Origin: an uncultured Candidatus Peribacteria bacterium | GTDB taxonomy: Bacteria; Patescibacteriota; Gracilibacteria; Absconditabacterales; Absconditicoccaceae | Assembly (NCBI GenBank): GCA_964394325.1 | Contig: CAYMVT010000001.1 | Location: forward strand, 1 to 29,136 | Length of the DNA stretch: 29,136 bases | Direction: 5' to 3' | In this document: in pieces, positions 1-17,183 of the stretch | Layout of the letters: every line of letters begins with the position of its first letter | How positions within the stretch are numbered: position 1 is the first letter of the stretch | Notes under the pieces: generated by a model | Database searches by the model: none | The model's input: only the letters and a program-made list of their open reading frames with translations | Told to the model about the DNA's origin: nothing | Program-made: the position numbers and the translations under genes

Positions 1-6
1 AAAAAA

Positions 7-80
7 AGGCACCGGCCGGATTCGAACCGGCGAACCAAGGCTTTGCAGGCCTGTGCATTAGACCACTCTGCCACGGTGCC
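7..80 (-). tRNA. tRNA-Cys (GCA)
   Basis: The reverse complement folds as a cloverleaf: GGCACCG/CGGTGCC acceptor stem, CT-GCA-AA anticodon loop, GCCGG-TTCGAAT-CCGGC T-arm, and U73 discriminator (the Cys identity element). No CCA is encoded. Confidence 0.97.
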
Positions 81-134
81 AGATTGTCCCGTATAAAACA
101 GGACAAAAACAGTATATAAAAGAATGAATATTTA

Positions 135-3959
<3,825 letters not shown>

Positions 3960-4072
3960 TAGTAGTATTAAATGTTAGATTTTAAATTAATTCTTAATAT
4001 CTGGTAATTCAAAGTTTAAAATTATACAAAGTAGTTTATCTTTTAGTAAAGCTAAAAATTCAAAACTAATAA

Positions 4073-7618
<3,546 letters not shown>

Positions 7619-7651
7619 GTTTGTTAAGTTAATATTAAATTTATAAATAAC

Positions 7652-7684
7652 ACAAAAACAACCCTAAACTAAAAGGGTGTTTTA
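7652..7684 (-). terminator. Possible intrinsic terminator/attenuator between rpmH and rpoB
   Basis: On the minus strand, AACACCCT-tttagttt-AGGGT(T)GTT forms a hairpin followed by a T-run. Confidence 0.4.
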
Positions 7685-7763
7685 GTAACAATATATTATT
7701 AGTGCAAATATGTTGAACAAAAAAATAATAGCATATTTTCGTGCCTTATTAAAAAACAAAAAA

Positions 7764-7919
7764 TTATTGCTTTGAAACTGTTAGTTTATGTCTACCTTTT
7801 GATCTCCTGTTTTTTATAACATTCCTTCATGTCCTAGTAGACATTCTACTCAAAAATCAATGTAATCTTTTTCTCTTCAACCACTTATATTTTCTAACTC
7901 TGTTTAATTTTGAAGCCAT
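7764..7919 (-). CDS. rpmH: 50S ribosomal protein L34 (51 aa)
   Basis: [51 protein letters not shown] matches the L34 pattern KRKRxHGFxxRMxTxxGRxVxxxRRxKGRxxLTV. Two of its three Gly are TGA. Confidence 0.93.
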
Positions 7920-7955
7920 ATTCCAAAAATTAATTTCTAAAAACCCACAAAAAAA

Positions 7956-8153
7956 CTACTTTATATAAACAATCAAACCAAGCTCTCTAGCTCTTGAAAT
8001 AGCTTTACGTATTTTTTTTTGCTGCCTTACAGTATTTCAAGTAAACCTCCTAGGTTTTATATCTCCAAATCTTGTAATATATTTTCACAAAAGACTTGTA
8101 GATTTCCAATTAATCAAATACTCATTTTCCTTATTAAAATAAGCTTTACTCAT
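7956..8153 (-). CDS. rpsR: 30S ribosomal protein S18 (65 aa, Zn-free form)
   Basis: INWKS..LLGKYITRFGDIKPRRFTG....QQKKIRKAISRARELGLI. It follows rpsF-ssb, the usual position. Confidence 0.93.
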
Positions 8154-8186
8154 TTTACAAATATCAAATTTAAAATGTAAATTCTA

Positions 8187-8612
8187 CTACTCTACTTGTT
8201 GTTCATCCTCACTTGATTGTCAATCTCAATCTGATTCTGATTGATCATCTTGCTGTCCAGTTGTTCTCTTTGGAGTTAAAATCAACAAATCATTCATTAC
8301 AACCTCAGTAATAATTCTTGGTTTTTCTTCTCATTCAATTTCAACCTTTCTATTGTGAAGATAACCTCTCAAATAAACCTTTTTTCATTTTCATAAAATA
8401 TTTTGGACTCTCTCTGCCATTTTTCACCAAGCTGCAATCTTATGATACTGAACTTCTTCTCTTTGTTCTCCATCTTTTGTCCTCCAAACTCTTCTTGTTC
8501 ATAAATTAAAAATTGCTAACTGTTGTCAGTTGTTAGCTTCCTTAACAATTGGATCATTTCCAACCCATCATATCATTATAACTTCATTAACACTTCTCAT
8601 TCATCCAGCCAT
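8187..8612 (-). CDS. ssb: Single-stranded DNA-binding protein (141 aa)
   Basis: SVNEVIMIGWVGNDP, W..KDGEQREEVQYHKIAAWGK, KGKKVYLRGYLHNR and TEVV match the SSB OB-fold. It lies between rpsF and rpsR. Confidence 0.93.
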
Positions 8613-8660
8613 TTTATAATACAATTTAAATATATAAATATTTAGATTTTTCAAACTAAG

Positions 8661-9053
8661 TTATTTTTGGACAGAGTCCAGTTCCTTAAATGCTTTTTCA
8701 TTTTCTTGTTTTTTCCTTTCTTCTTCAGATTCTTCAAACATTTTGTTCACTTCATGATATTTGAGATACTTTTCTTCAGGTCTCAATTTGTAAACAAAGA
8801 ATCTTAATATTTTCTTTTTTAATCTAAGTTTTTGATTCAAATCACTTACCAAAGAAGGATCTGATTCAAAATAGATTGACAAAAAGTAAGCAGTATCATA
8901 TCATTTAATTGTATAAACAAGATCCAACATTCATATTTCATCTTTTTCTGCAATAGTTTTTCAAAGCATTTCCTCTATTTCACCTATAAATTTTTGAGTA
9001 TCTTCTTTTTTCATTTTTGGATCTATCAAAACAACTAACTCATATCTATTCAT
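8661..9053 (-). CDS. rpsF: 30S ribosomal protein S6 (130 aa)
   Basis: MNRYELVVLIDP..., GMLDLVYTIKGYDTAYF, ILRFFVYK. First gene of the rpsF-ssb-rpsR block. Confidence 0.9.
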
Positions 9054-9191
9054 AATAAATCATCACTTAAAGTATTTAAATTGTAGTATTTTTTAGTTTT
9101 TACTTTGCAAAATATAGATTTTGATATTTTTAGGAAACAATTGAGCAAAAATTCAACAAAGTTAAATTTCAACTCTATTCTTGATTTTTGA

Positions 9192-9992
9192 TTATATACT
9201 ATATCTCCTAGATTTTTCAAAAACAAATCAATCAGGTAAAATGTCTTTAACTTTTTTTGAATCATCTCTTATATAAGGCTGCTCAAATAATACATTTTCA
9301 GCAAAATACTTGGATAGCTTTCATTGAATAATACTATCTATCACATTTTCAGGTTTTCAAGATTCTTTAAGCTCTTCTCTATACTTATCTTTTAGCTTGT
9401 TAATAATATCATCTGGAATATCTTCAGTATTTATATAATCTGGATTCATAGCTGCTATCTGCAAGGCAAGTTCTTTGGCAGATTCCTGGAAATCTCATCC
9501 AGAATAATAAACTATAGCAATAACTTTGTCTCAAGGGTGAGTATACACAAAACAATTACCTTTGTCAACAAAAACATCCAATAACTTTATATTTTCTCAA
9601 ATTTTTCATATATATTCTTTCAATAAAGGATTGATATTATTTTCCAAAACATCAGAACCAATATCTTCAATTGATTCTGCAAAATCTAAATTTTCAAACA
9701 GTACTTTTAACAATTCCTCAGCCAAATTATGAAATTCTTGGCTCTTACCAACAAAATCAGTCTCACAAGCAAGTTTAATTCAAACATTTTTTCAATCTTT
9801 ACTAATAACTTTAACAATTCATTGATTAGTTTCTCTGTCAGCTTTCTTAGCTGCTTTCATTGCACCTTTTTCTTTTAGATACTCATAAGCCTTATCTAAA
9901 TCTCATTTAGAGTTTTCTAACGCCTCTTGACAATCCTTGAAAGGTGCTTTTGTTTGATCTCTAAGTTTCTTCAATAATTTTAGGTCAGCCAT
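9192..9992 (-). CDS. tsf: Translation elongation factor Ts (266 aa)
   Basis: LKKLRDQTKAPFKDCQEALENSKGDLDKAYEYLKEKG..KAAKKADRET, LACETDFVGK, IGENIK, LALQIAAMNP, LFEQPYIRDDSKKV. Confidence 0.96.
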
Positions 9993-10129
9993 TAGAATTA
10001 AATTAAATTTTAAAGTAATAAAGAACTGCAATGTAAATATTTTAATCTTTATTAATATTCCCTATTTTTCTCCTTAATTTTATGATTTAAATAGCATCTT
10101 TAATATTTTTTAAGCATAAACTAAATCCG

Positions 10130-10546
10130 CTATTTTTGCTCTTCATCAGAAGTTACATCAAAGATATCAACTATCCATCATCATATTCAGTAAAAAAATG
10201 GAAGCACAATTTTATCAGATTTGATAGTATAAAATCATTCATATGCTTGTTTTACAAAAAAGACAAATATTCAAAGCATCACAAACAAAATAATTATAGG
10301 TACAACCCTCAAATATGGTACAAACACCATAAAAGCACTAACAACTATAAGCATAATAAATACTGCCCACCATCACAAAGCCTGTTTCATATGATATTGT
10401 TCATATTTTCAAAGTTTTTTATTATTTATTCATATTATTATTCAAAGCAAAAAATACATCAAAACAGCTTTTTTTCTTTCAACAGAAGAAGGAACATAAT
10501 CTTCACTAATAAGACCTTCTATTTCTACATCTTTTTTTTTTGACAT
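10130..10546 (-). CDS. Small membrane protein, DUF4870/Tic20-like (138 aa)
   Basis: Open frame under table 25 with about 3 hydrophobic segments. The sequence LMYFLLGIII...YHMKQALGWWAVF...LPFF resembles the DUF4870 H-x-K-Q-A pattern. The family call is from recall. Confidence 0.6.
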
Positions 10547-10554
10547 AATTAATT

Positions 10555-11214
10555 TTACTTTAAGATATATTCCATAATAGACTTCAAGCTTCTATAAGAA
10601 TTAACATTAGAAACAATCAAATTTTCATCGCTCCAGTATCTATCAAAATCAGTAGAAGATATGACAATATTATCAACTCATGCCTTTTCTGCCTCATCAA
10701 CAAAATTAGAAAGAAAAACACCATCTACAATTATAACTAGACTAGGTTTTTGCTTAAGATTCCTAACTCACCCATAAATAAGCTTAAGTTTCATAAGCTT
10801 TCTTTTTTTAGATAACTTTTCTTTCTTGGTCAAAGACGCAAACTCGCTAGATTCCATAAAAGAAGAAAGATCAACCATAGAATCTATTCTTCATTTCAAA
10901 GTATCAAAATTAGTAAGCACTCCTGCTGGAACTTTATAATTCATATAATGAATTCATTGTCACTCACACAATTGACTTATCTCATCTCTCAAAACTCACT
11001 TTTCAGATATAACTAATATATCTCATCATTCATTTTTCATATTTTGAACTTTCTGTTTTGCAGATTCAAGCTGATTTACAATAAATTCAGGATTTATCAA
11101 AACCATTCAATCAACAACATCCGCCCAATACTTACTAGTTTTTGGATGAGCAAACTTTTTTAATGTTCAAACATACATCTTATCTGATAAAACAGCATCA
11201 GTTGTAATTCCCAT
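10555..11214 (-). CDS. rpsB: 30S ribosomal protein S2, divergent (219 aa)
   Basis: HPKT, ILVISEK, YMNYKVPAGVLTNFDT and LTKKEK...KLKLIYGGVRNLKQKPSLVIIVD align to S2. It lies upstream of tsf. Confidence 0.88.
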
Positions 11215-11242
11215 ACATATTTAGTTTTAAATGTGTAAATAA

Positions 11243-11626
11243 CTATTTCAAAGTAATTGTAGCTCAAGCTTCTTCAAGCTTAGCTTTTATTTCTTCTCAT
11301 TCTTCTGGTTTTGCTCACTCCTTCACAATAGTAGGAGTTTTTTCTACAATCTCCTTAGCTTCCTTCAAACCTAATCATAAAACTTCTTTGATAACTTTAA
11401 TTACTGATATTTTTTGCTGACCAATTTCTGTCAACTCTACATTAATAGTATCAGAAGATCATTCTCATTGTCACTCACCTCAAGCAGCTCCTCCTCATCA
11501 TACAGCTACTGCAGCTGCAGATACACCAAATTCTTCCTCCAAAGCTTTCACAACTTCATTAAGCTCACTAACACTTAACTCTTTCAAAAGATCTATTATT
11601 TTTTGTCAATTTTCTGATATAGCCAT
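11243..11626 (-). CDS. rplL: 50S ribosomal protein L7/L12 (127 aa)
   Basis: [22 protein letters not shown] hinge, [33 protein letters not shown]. Confidence 0.97.
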
Positions 11627-11672
11627 TTTGTTATTTTAATTAATTAGTTAAATAAATATTCAAAAACAGTTT

Positions 11673-12176
11673 TTATTTTTTGCTGATTTGATCAACAGCA
11701 ACCACAAATGAGTGTACAGGGTATTTGATCAAGAAGGCAAATTTTCAAATCAACTCATCCTTTGATGGTAAATTAGCAATCTCCTGAACGTAAGATGCAT
11801 CTTTCCATTCACAGTCAAACCAACCTCACAAATAATCCAAACTACAATTTTTCTTTTCTTTCTTCCAATTAGAAATGGATTTAGCAATTCACTTCAAAGG
11901 AGAAAAATCATCCTCACCAAAGAACAAAGCAATCACGGAACCATCTAAACTATCATGACTAACCTCATCAAGTCAACCATTTGAAGCTGTGAATAAAAAT
12001 ATTCTCTTTTTTATTACACAAAGCTTTCAGCCATTATTATAAACATAAGTTCTAAGATCATTTATTTCATTTACTGATATTCAATACTGCTTCAATAAAA
12101 CAATATTTTTGTATGATTTAATATCAGTTTCATAGTTTTTTACAAGCTCTTCTTTTTGCTTCCTTGTCAAAGCCAT
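11673..12176 (-). CDS. rplJ: 50S ribosomal protein L10 (167 aa)
   Basis: MALTRKQKEELV, INDLR, GKLCVIKKR and IANLPSKDELIGK match L10. It lies directly upstream of rplL. Confidence 0.93.
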
Positions 12177-12199
12177 TGTTTTACAAAAGTTTTAAACTA

Positions 12200-12332
12200 T
12201 AAAAAAAGACTCCCTTTATTCAAAGGCAGTTGATAAAGAAAACTTATATTAAAGTACAAATAATCTTTTCAACCACCTAGGTAGGATTTATTTTGCCTTA
12301 TAACCACAGACAAAACCCACTGTCTTTAGTAG
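12200..12332 (-). promoter_or_regulatory. L10 (rplJ) leader RNA with terminator/antiterminator
   Basis: Carries AAAGACAGUGGG...UAAAUCCUACCUAGG, matching the L10-leader core (GUGGG pairs with CCUAC). Downstream is the hairpin ACUG-CCUUU-gaau-AAAGG-GAGU followed by U7. GGUGGUUGA can pair with UCAACUGCC, which overlaps the terminator arm. Confidence 0.72.
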
Positions 12333-12343
12333 TATTATTAATT

Positions 12344-12371
12344 TTATAATGATTTAAAAACAAAAATCAAG
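12344..12371 (-). promoter_or_regulatory. Candidate sigma70-type promoter for rplJL
   Basis: TTGATT-N16-TATAAA (or N18-TAAAAT) just upstream of the L10 leader. The AT-rich background lowers specificity. Confidence 0.35.
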
Positions 12372-12401
12372 CAAAAATGGATTATTTTTTGGAAAATTAT
12401 A

Positions 12402-13754
12402 CTAATTAGCACTTCTTTCTCTAAATTCAATTAATATTGGGCATCATATAAATCAAAAATTTTTTCTCAAAGTGTTTATTATTCGTTTTTTAAAAGCAAA
12501 ATTTGCTCGATCCTTTTTGTTTATAAACACAAAAAACTTTGGTGGAGCAGATTGGACTTGAGTCATATAATATATCTTACAAATTTTATTTTTGGTAAAT
12601 TTTGGAGGATTTTCGATTAAAGCTCTATTTATTGTTGTATTCAATTTTCATGTATTAATTTTTTTGTTGAAATGTCATTGTATATCCTCTGCAAACTTTA
12701 ATAATTTATCTAGATTATAGCCACTGGAAGCTGAAATCTGTATTATCGGGACATGACTTATAAATGACAATAATTGTGTTATTTGTTTCATTTTCATAAG
12801 CAACTCTTTCTTTTCCAAAAGATCAGACTTATTTAAAGCTATTATCATAGGCACATTTAATTTTTCTATTTTTGAAATAATTGTTTTATCGTTATGAGTA
12901 ATTCAATTATATACATCAATCAATATTATTGCTACAGGATTTTTGTATTGTATAAGCTTTTCAGTCTTGTTCATAGCAATCTTTTCAAGTCATTTTGTTT
13001 TTGATCTCTTTTTGATTCCTGCTGTATCATACAACACAAATTCAGTTCATCAAAATTCTACATTTGCTTTTATATAATCCAGAGTTGTTCCAGCAGTTTC
13101 TTTCACAGTAGAAACCTCATCTTGTGCAAACTTATTTATCAAGGTAGATTTTCATGTATTTGGAGCTCACACAAAAATAACAGACAAATAATCACCTTCT
13201 TTTTCATTGATAGGCGAAAAGTTATTTTTGATTATATATTTTTGGATAAAATCCTTCAGCTTATCTATTCATTGATCATTGATTGCGCTTACTGGAATGA
13301 GATTATCAAATCATAAACTATAAAAATCTGACACATGCTGCAAGACATCTCCAGAATCATTAGACTTTTTTCTGTTTTTAATATTTCTTGAATGTACTTT
13401 TCAATCAAGTTTATTTACAACAAGAACTGTCTTGTCTTTTTTTCATTCCTTAATTATCATTTCCTTGATCTGTTGATCTTTGGATGTAAGTCATTTTTTG
13501 GCATCCAAAACAAAAATGAGCAAATCACTTTTTTTTATTATTTGCTTTATATATTCAACTTCTTGCTGAAAATCTTCCAATCAAGGACTATCATACAACT
13601 CGGCCAAAAAGTCTTCTTTAGGAAAAAATTTTTCACTTAGTATCTGTCTTGTTGTTCAAGGCATTTCAGTGATTATAGCTCTATGAGATCAAATCAGCTT
13701 ATTAAATATTGTTGATTTACCAGCATTTATATTTCATATTATTCATACCTTCAT
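12402..13754 (-). CDS. der: Ribosome biogenesis double GTPase Der/EngA (450 aa)
   Basis: Two G-domains (GNINAGKST...GTTR...DSPG...NK.D and GAPNTGKST...GTTLD...DTAG...NKSD) followed by a KH-like C-terminus (YYMTQVQSAPPKFFVF...LRKNFGFIGCPI). Confidence 0.95.
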
Positions 13755-13848
13755 CTAAGCTTTTGTAAAAAAATAAATTTTTCTTTATATTTACTTTAGG
13801 AGTCAATCTAATTATTAAAAACTTGGAAATGAGAATTTTTGGCAAATA

Positions 13849-14490
13849 CTATTTTATAGCAATACTTTGGGAGAGCTTACTTCATATATCTTTTATCTTC
13901 GGGTCTCAACTGTATACAACTCACACTCAATTATTTTTTGTTTGAATTATGTCTATCAATTCAGACAAATCTTTGATTTCGGAAAAATTGCTTTTGGCCT
14001 TTTTGTTCAAAAATCAAATCATCTGAGAAAATTCCTGCTGAATTACATATATTTTGGAATAATCTTCTCCAAGCTCTGATTTTATATCAGTAAAAACTAT
14101 CATATTAGGATCTAAATTTTTAAGAAAATATTGACTCTCTCCAGATTGATCAATTCATCATTGCAAAAAAACATACTCTGGGAAGCTGATCAAACTTTTT
14201 AAAAAAACAGCCCATGATTTTAAATAAACCCCAAATCGTTTCCAAGGGCTTCAATAAACTGTATTTAAGTTTAAAAAATCCAATAATACACCAAAATAGG
14301 TATTATAAGGCTGCCAAGCATCTCTTGTATTTAAGTTGTTTTTTATAGCCAAATCTTTAAGTTTTTCTCTAACTATTGCCTTTTCCCCTATTCATACAAC
14401 CAAAACAATATAAGGTTTTTTTACCAATATAATAAACTTTGTCAAACACTTCAAATGCAGATACATAAAATACTTAAAAACTTTTTTCAT
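13849..14490 (-). CDS. Truncated, degenerate Mur-ligase (MurF-like) central-domain protein (213 aa)
   Basis: KKPYIVLVVGIGEKA, YNTYFGVLLDFL and FPEYVFLQGGIDQSGESQYFLKNLDPNMIVFTDI parallel the CPR MurF pattern KPKIIxITGSxGKT / NxxIGVPL / PxxLVLExGxDxPGD..L....PDIxVITNI. The P-loop is degenerate and there is no C-terminal domain. Confidence 0.55.
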
Positions 14491-14515
14491 AACCTATTTT
14501 TTATTAATATAATCA

Positions 14516-14735
14516 GGAGTCTGCTTTTAAAACCCATAATTTACATATATTTGTACAGTGCAAGCAACCTCCAAAAAAACTAAAGCATTGTAAACAAAAT
14601 ACATTTAAAGAACTCGCCCTGTGGAATATTAAAATGTTCTTCACCAAATTCCACAAGGTAAGAACTTTTCCTTTAAATTAAATTAGAGAGAAATTTTGAT
14701 GCTTTTTAAACACTCTCTAATTTAATTTAATTTAA
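14516..14735 (-). repeat. Structured intergenic element, copy 1 (homologous to 17184-17349)
   Basis: Contains an 18-bp perfect inverted repeat (14673-14690 / 14713-14730), an 11-bp helix (14617-14627 / 14648-14658) and a 3' hairpin (14562-14572 / 14516-14526). A 28-mer is 24/28 identical to copy 2. Confidence 0.75.
14527..14604 (-). CDS. Putative small peptide, 25 aa (MYFVYNALVFLEVACTVQIYVNYGF)
   Basis: ATG..TAA frame inside element copy 1. It is homologous to the 29-aa ORF in copy 2 and starts in the same TTCTTTAA-ATG context. There is no evidence of translation. Confidence 0.3.
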   Translation of the reverse strand: MYFVYNALVFLEVACTVQIYVNYGF

Positions 14736-14745
14736 CACCTCAACC

Positions 14746-14773
14746 TCATAATAAATATTTAACAAAAAATAGC
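14746..14773 (-). promoter_or_regulatory. Candidate promoter upstream of element copy 1
   Basis: TTGCTA-N16-TATTAT about 15 nt upstream of the first hairpin. Confidence 0.35.
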
Positions 14774-14791
14774 AAGCAAAAACAAGAGCTA

Positions 14792-15745
14792 TTAAATTCC
14801 TTCGTATCACCAATATTTAATCAAATCAATATCTCTTTTGATTAATCAGTTAGTATGCAATAGATCGTTTATTTTTTTTACTTGAGATTTATATTTTTTC
14901 TTTAGTTTCAAAATGTCTTTTTCTCAAAGTTTCGGAGCTTTTTGAGGCGAAGTAGCAAGATTAAAAATAATTTCTCCTGCCTTTTGCCTTATAGACCAAG
15001 GAATTGTTTTTTTGGCCAAAAATTTAATTTTATTGTTATAAAAAATACGATAAAATGTAGGATACTTCATATAAGATCTAGGATTTGATTTTTTATATTG
15101 CAACTCTATATGTTTTATACCAAGAAAATCAAAAATCTCATTCATTATCTCTTGGTTGTTTTTTTTGAAATCTTCATACAAAAAAACTTTTATATGTTCT
15201 TTTGGGAAAAATTTCAAAAACCTTTTTAAATGCTCTTCAAACTTTATAAATTCAGAATAAAAAAGTAAAGAAGGATTTACACATGTAGATGGAATTTCTT
15301 TTCGCTTTCTTCTTTGATGCTCACTTTCAATAGCACTCAAAAAATCTGTTTTATTTTCTATTAGTTTCTTTGTCAATTGTCAATGCCAACTCTGCAAAAA
15401 ATCCAAAGGCTCTCTAATACCAAACAAAATTTTTGAATCAGGATTAAATTTGTATATATTATAAGCTGCCGTCTTGCTGTATACATAGTTTGTACTTCAT
15501 TCTCAAATTATTTTTGAATTTCAAGATTTTTCAAAAAGCTTCAAATATTCTGATTCATTTCTTATAGAACTTATATCATATACCTTACCATGAAATCTAT
15601 CACTTTCATCTTGCAAATCTGTACTAAAATAATGAGGCTCTTTTGGGTAAGACAAAAAAACATCAGGATGTTGATTTAAGTAATCATGTATAATAGTAGT
15701 TCAACATTTGGGTTCTCAAACTATGAAAAAATTAGGAATGTTCAT
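14792..15745 (-). CDS. PAPS-dependent sulfotransferase (317 aa)
   Basis: MNIPNFFIVGEPKCGTT (5'-PSB motif), LNQHPDVFLS.PKEPHYF, KILFGIREP..FLQSWH (3'-PB-like), YEDFKKN.QEIMNEIFDFLG. Confidence 0.9.
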
Positions 15746-15775
15746 GGAATCAAAAGCTATCTTACAATTAATAAA

Positions 15776-17122
15776 TTATTTTTTGCTATTTTTTTTTGAT
15801 TGCAAAGACTTGTAATTTTTGTGCACAAAAAAATAAACAAGCCCAAAAATGGTCATACTTGGATACACTACCATCCTATCTACAAAACCGTGTAAAACCA
15901 TTCATTCTATACTAAGTCAAACCATCCCCAAAGACATAGCCAACAAAAGCCAAGGCCAAAAATCTTTTCTTTGTTTTTTATCAAATTTATAAAAATAGTA
16001 ATAAAAACCAATCAAACATAAAAACAAATAAATAACAAACCAAAAAATAAATCAGACAATTCAATATTGAACCAAGATCAACAAAAATTGATTTTCTGGA
16101 TTAAATTCTATTCAATCTCATCGATGTGATACAGGTCATACATACCCTGCCTGAGATCACAACACAGGAGCTTGAGTAAACATCTGCCAAGATTCTTGAA
16201 CTTTTTGGAAATGTCATGTATCAGACCACTGTCTTTGGACTACTTGGTCATATCCCACATACACAAAAACAGAAAAAACAAGCAATATAGGCAAAACTAA
16301 ATATACTAACTTTTTCCTAATATTTCTACCATATTCCAAAAGCAAAATAACCAACAATTGGAAAAACCAAGCTCACCATGCAGCTCTTGAAAAAGTACTA
16401 ATTATACTAAAAACATAAAGCACCCACCAAAGCCATGTTTTTGATACAGCTCTTCTTCTCAAAAATAAAACATAAAACATAGGAAAGAAAAACACCAAAA
16501 AAAATCAATAATTAATAGGTCTTTCAAAAAGAACTTGATTACGAGGAAAACCCTGATTTTGTTGTGTATAATAAACTGCTGGAGGAGCCTTTCATACTTC
16601 TCATTCAAATATCTTGTTATCATAACCCAAAGGTCATAATGCTCAAGGCTTTACCATTATTAACATATACCAAAAAAAGGCTATTACCAGCAAAACTTTG
16701 ATAGTCTTTCAAAAAAAGAAAAGTATATTTTCTATTTGCTGATCTTCCAAAAAATTTCATAAATGATAAAAAAGGAAAAAAATCACAAATCACAAAAAGT
16801 CATACCTAAAAGCCATCACATAATCAGACAAACTTGTTCATAGAACAAAGAAATTTATAATAAAAGTCAGTACAACTCATGTAATAAATGTTAGCTCCAA
16901 AAAAAGTATAATTTTGTCTTTTACTATATCTTGTAAATACAATTTAAACTGATAAGCTAAGAAAAAAGCAAGCAAAAGAATTAATATCTCCTTCCAAAGT
17001 CGCAAAATAGTAAATTCCAGTCAGACACCAAAAGTTATAAATGTTTGTAAAAAAAAATGAAAAATCATACCAACCAAAAAAACTTTAGCCCAAAACGAAA
17101 CTGAGAAAAAAACCTTTTGCAT
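15776..17122 (-). CDS. O-antigen ligase / Wzy_C-like polytopic membrane protein (448 aa)
   Basis: Many transmembrane segments, with STFSRAAW, SDTGH...W...QAPVLG.....G and PENQFLLILVQYGIVG. These match the T.SR..W, P.LG.G.G and HN..L..L.E.G.VG patterns, with E in place of the usual His. Confidence 0.78.
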
Positions 17123-17183
17123 TATAATTTATAATATTTTAAGTAAATTTTTTAATAATTTGGTTTAAATTTTTGACACTTTT

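Noticed and set aside
3987-4020. Apparent rpoB frameshift near its 3' end
   Set aside because: Codon-by-codon reading shows rpoB ends in frame at TAG 4073-4075; the short downstream frame is intergenic.
9054-9191. Possible S6:S18-binding leader upstream of rpsF
   Set aside because: No CCG-containing stem or any convincing helix is visible.
9050-9265. 71-aa minus-strand ORF between tsf and rpsF
   Set aside because: It overlaps the 3' end of tsf in another frame, has no recognisable motif, and the remainder is AT-rich intergenic DNA.
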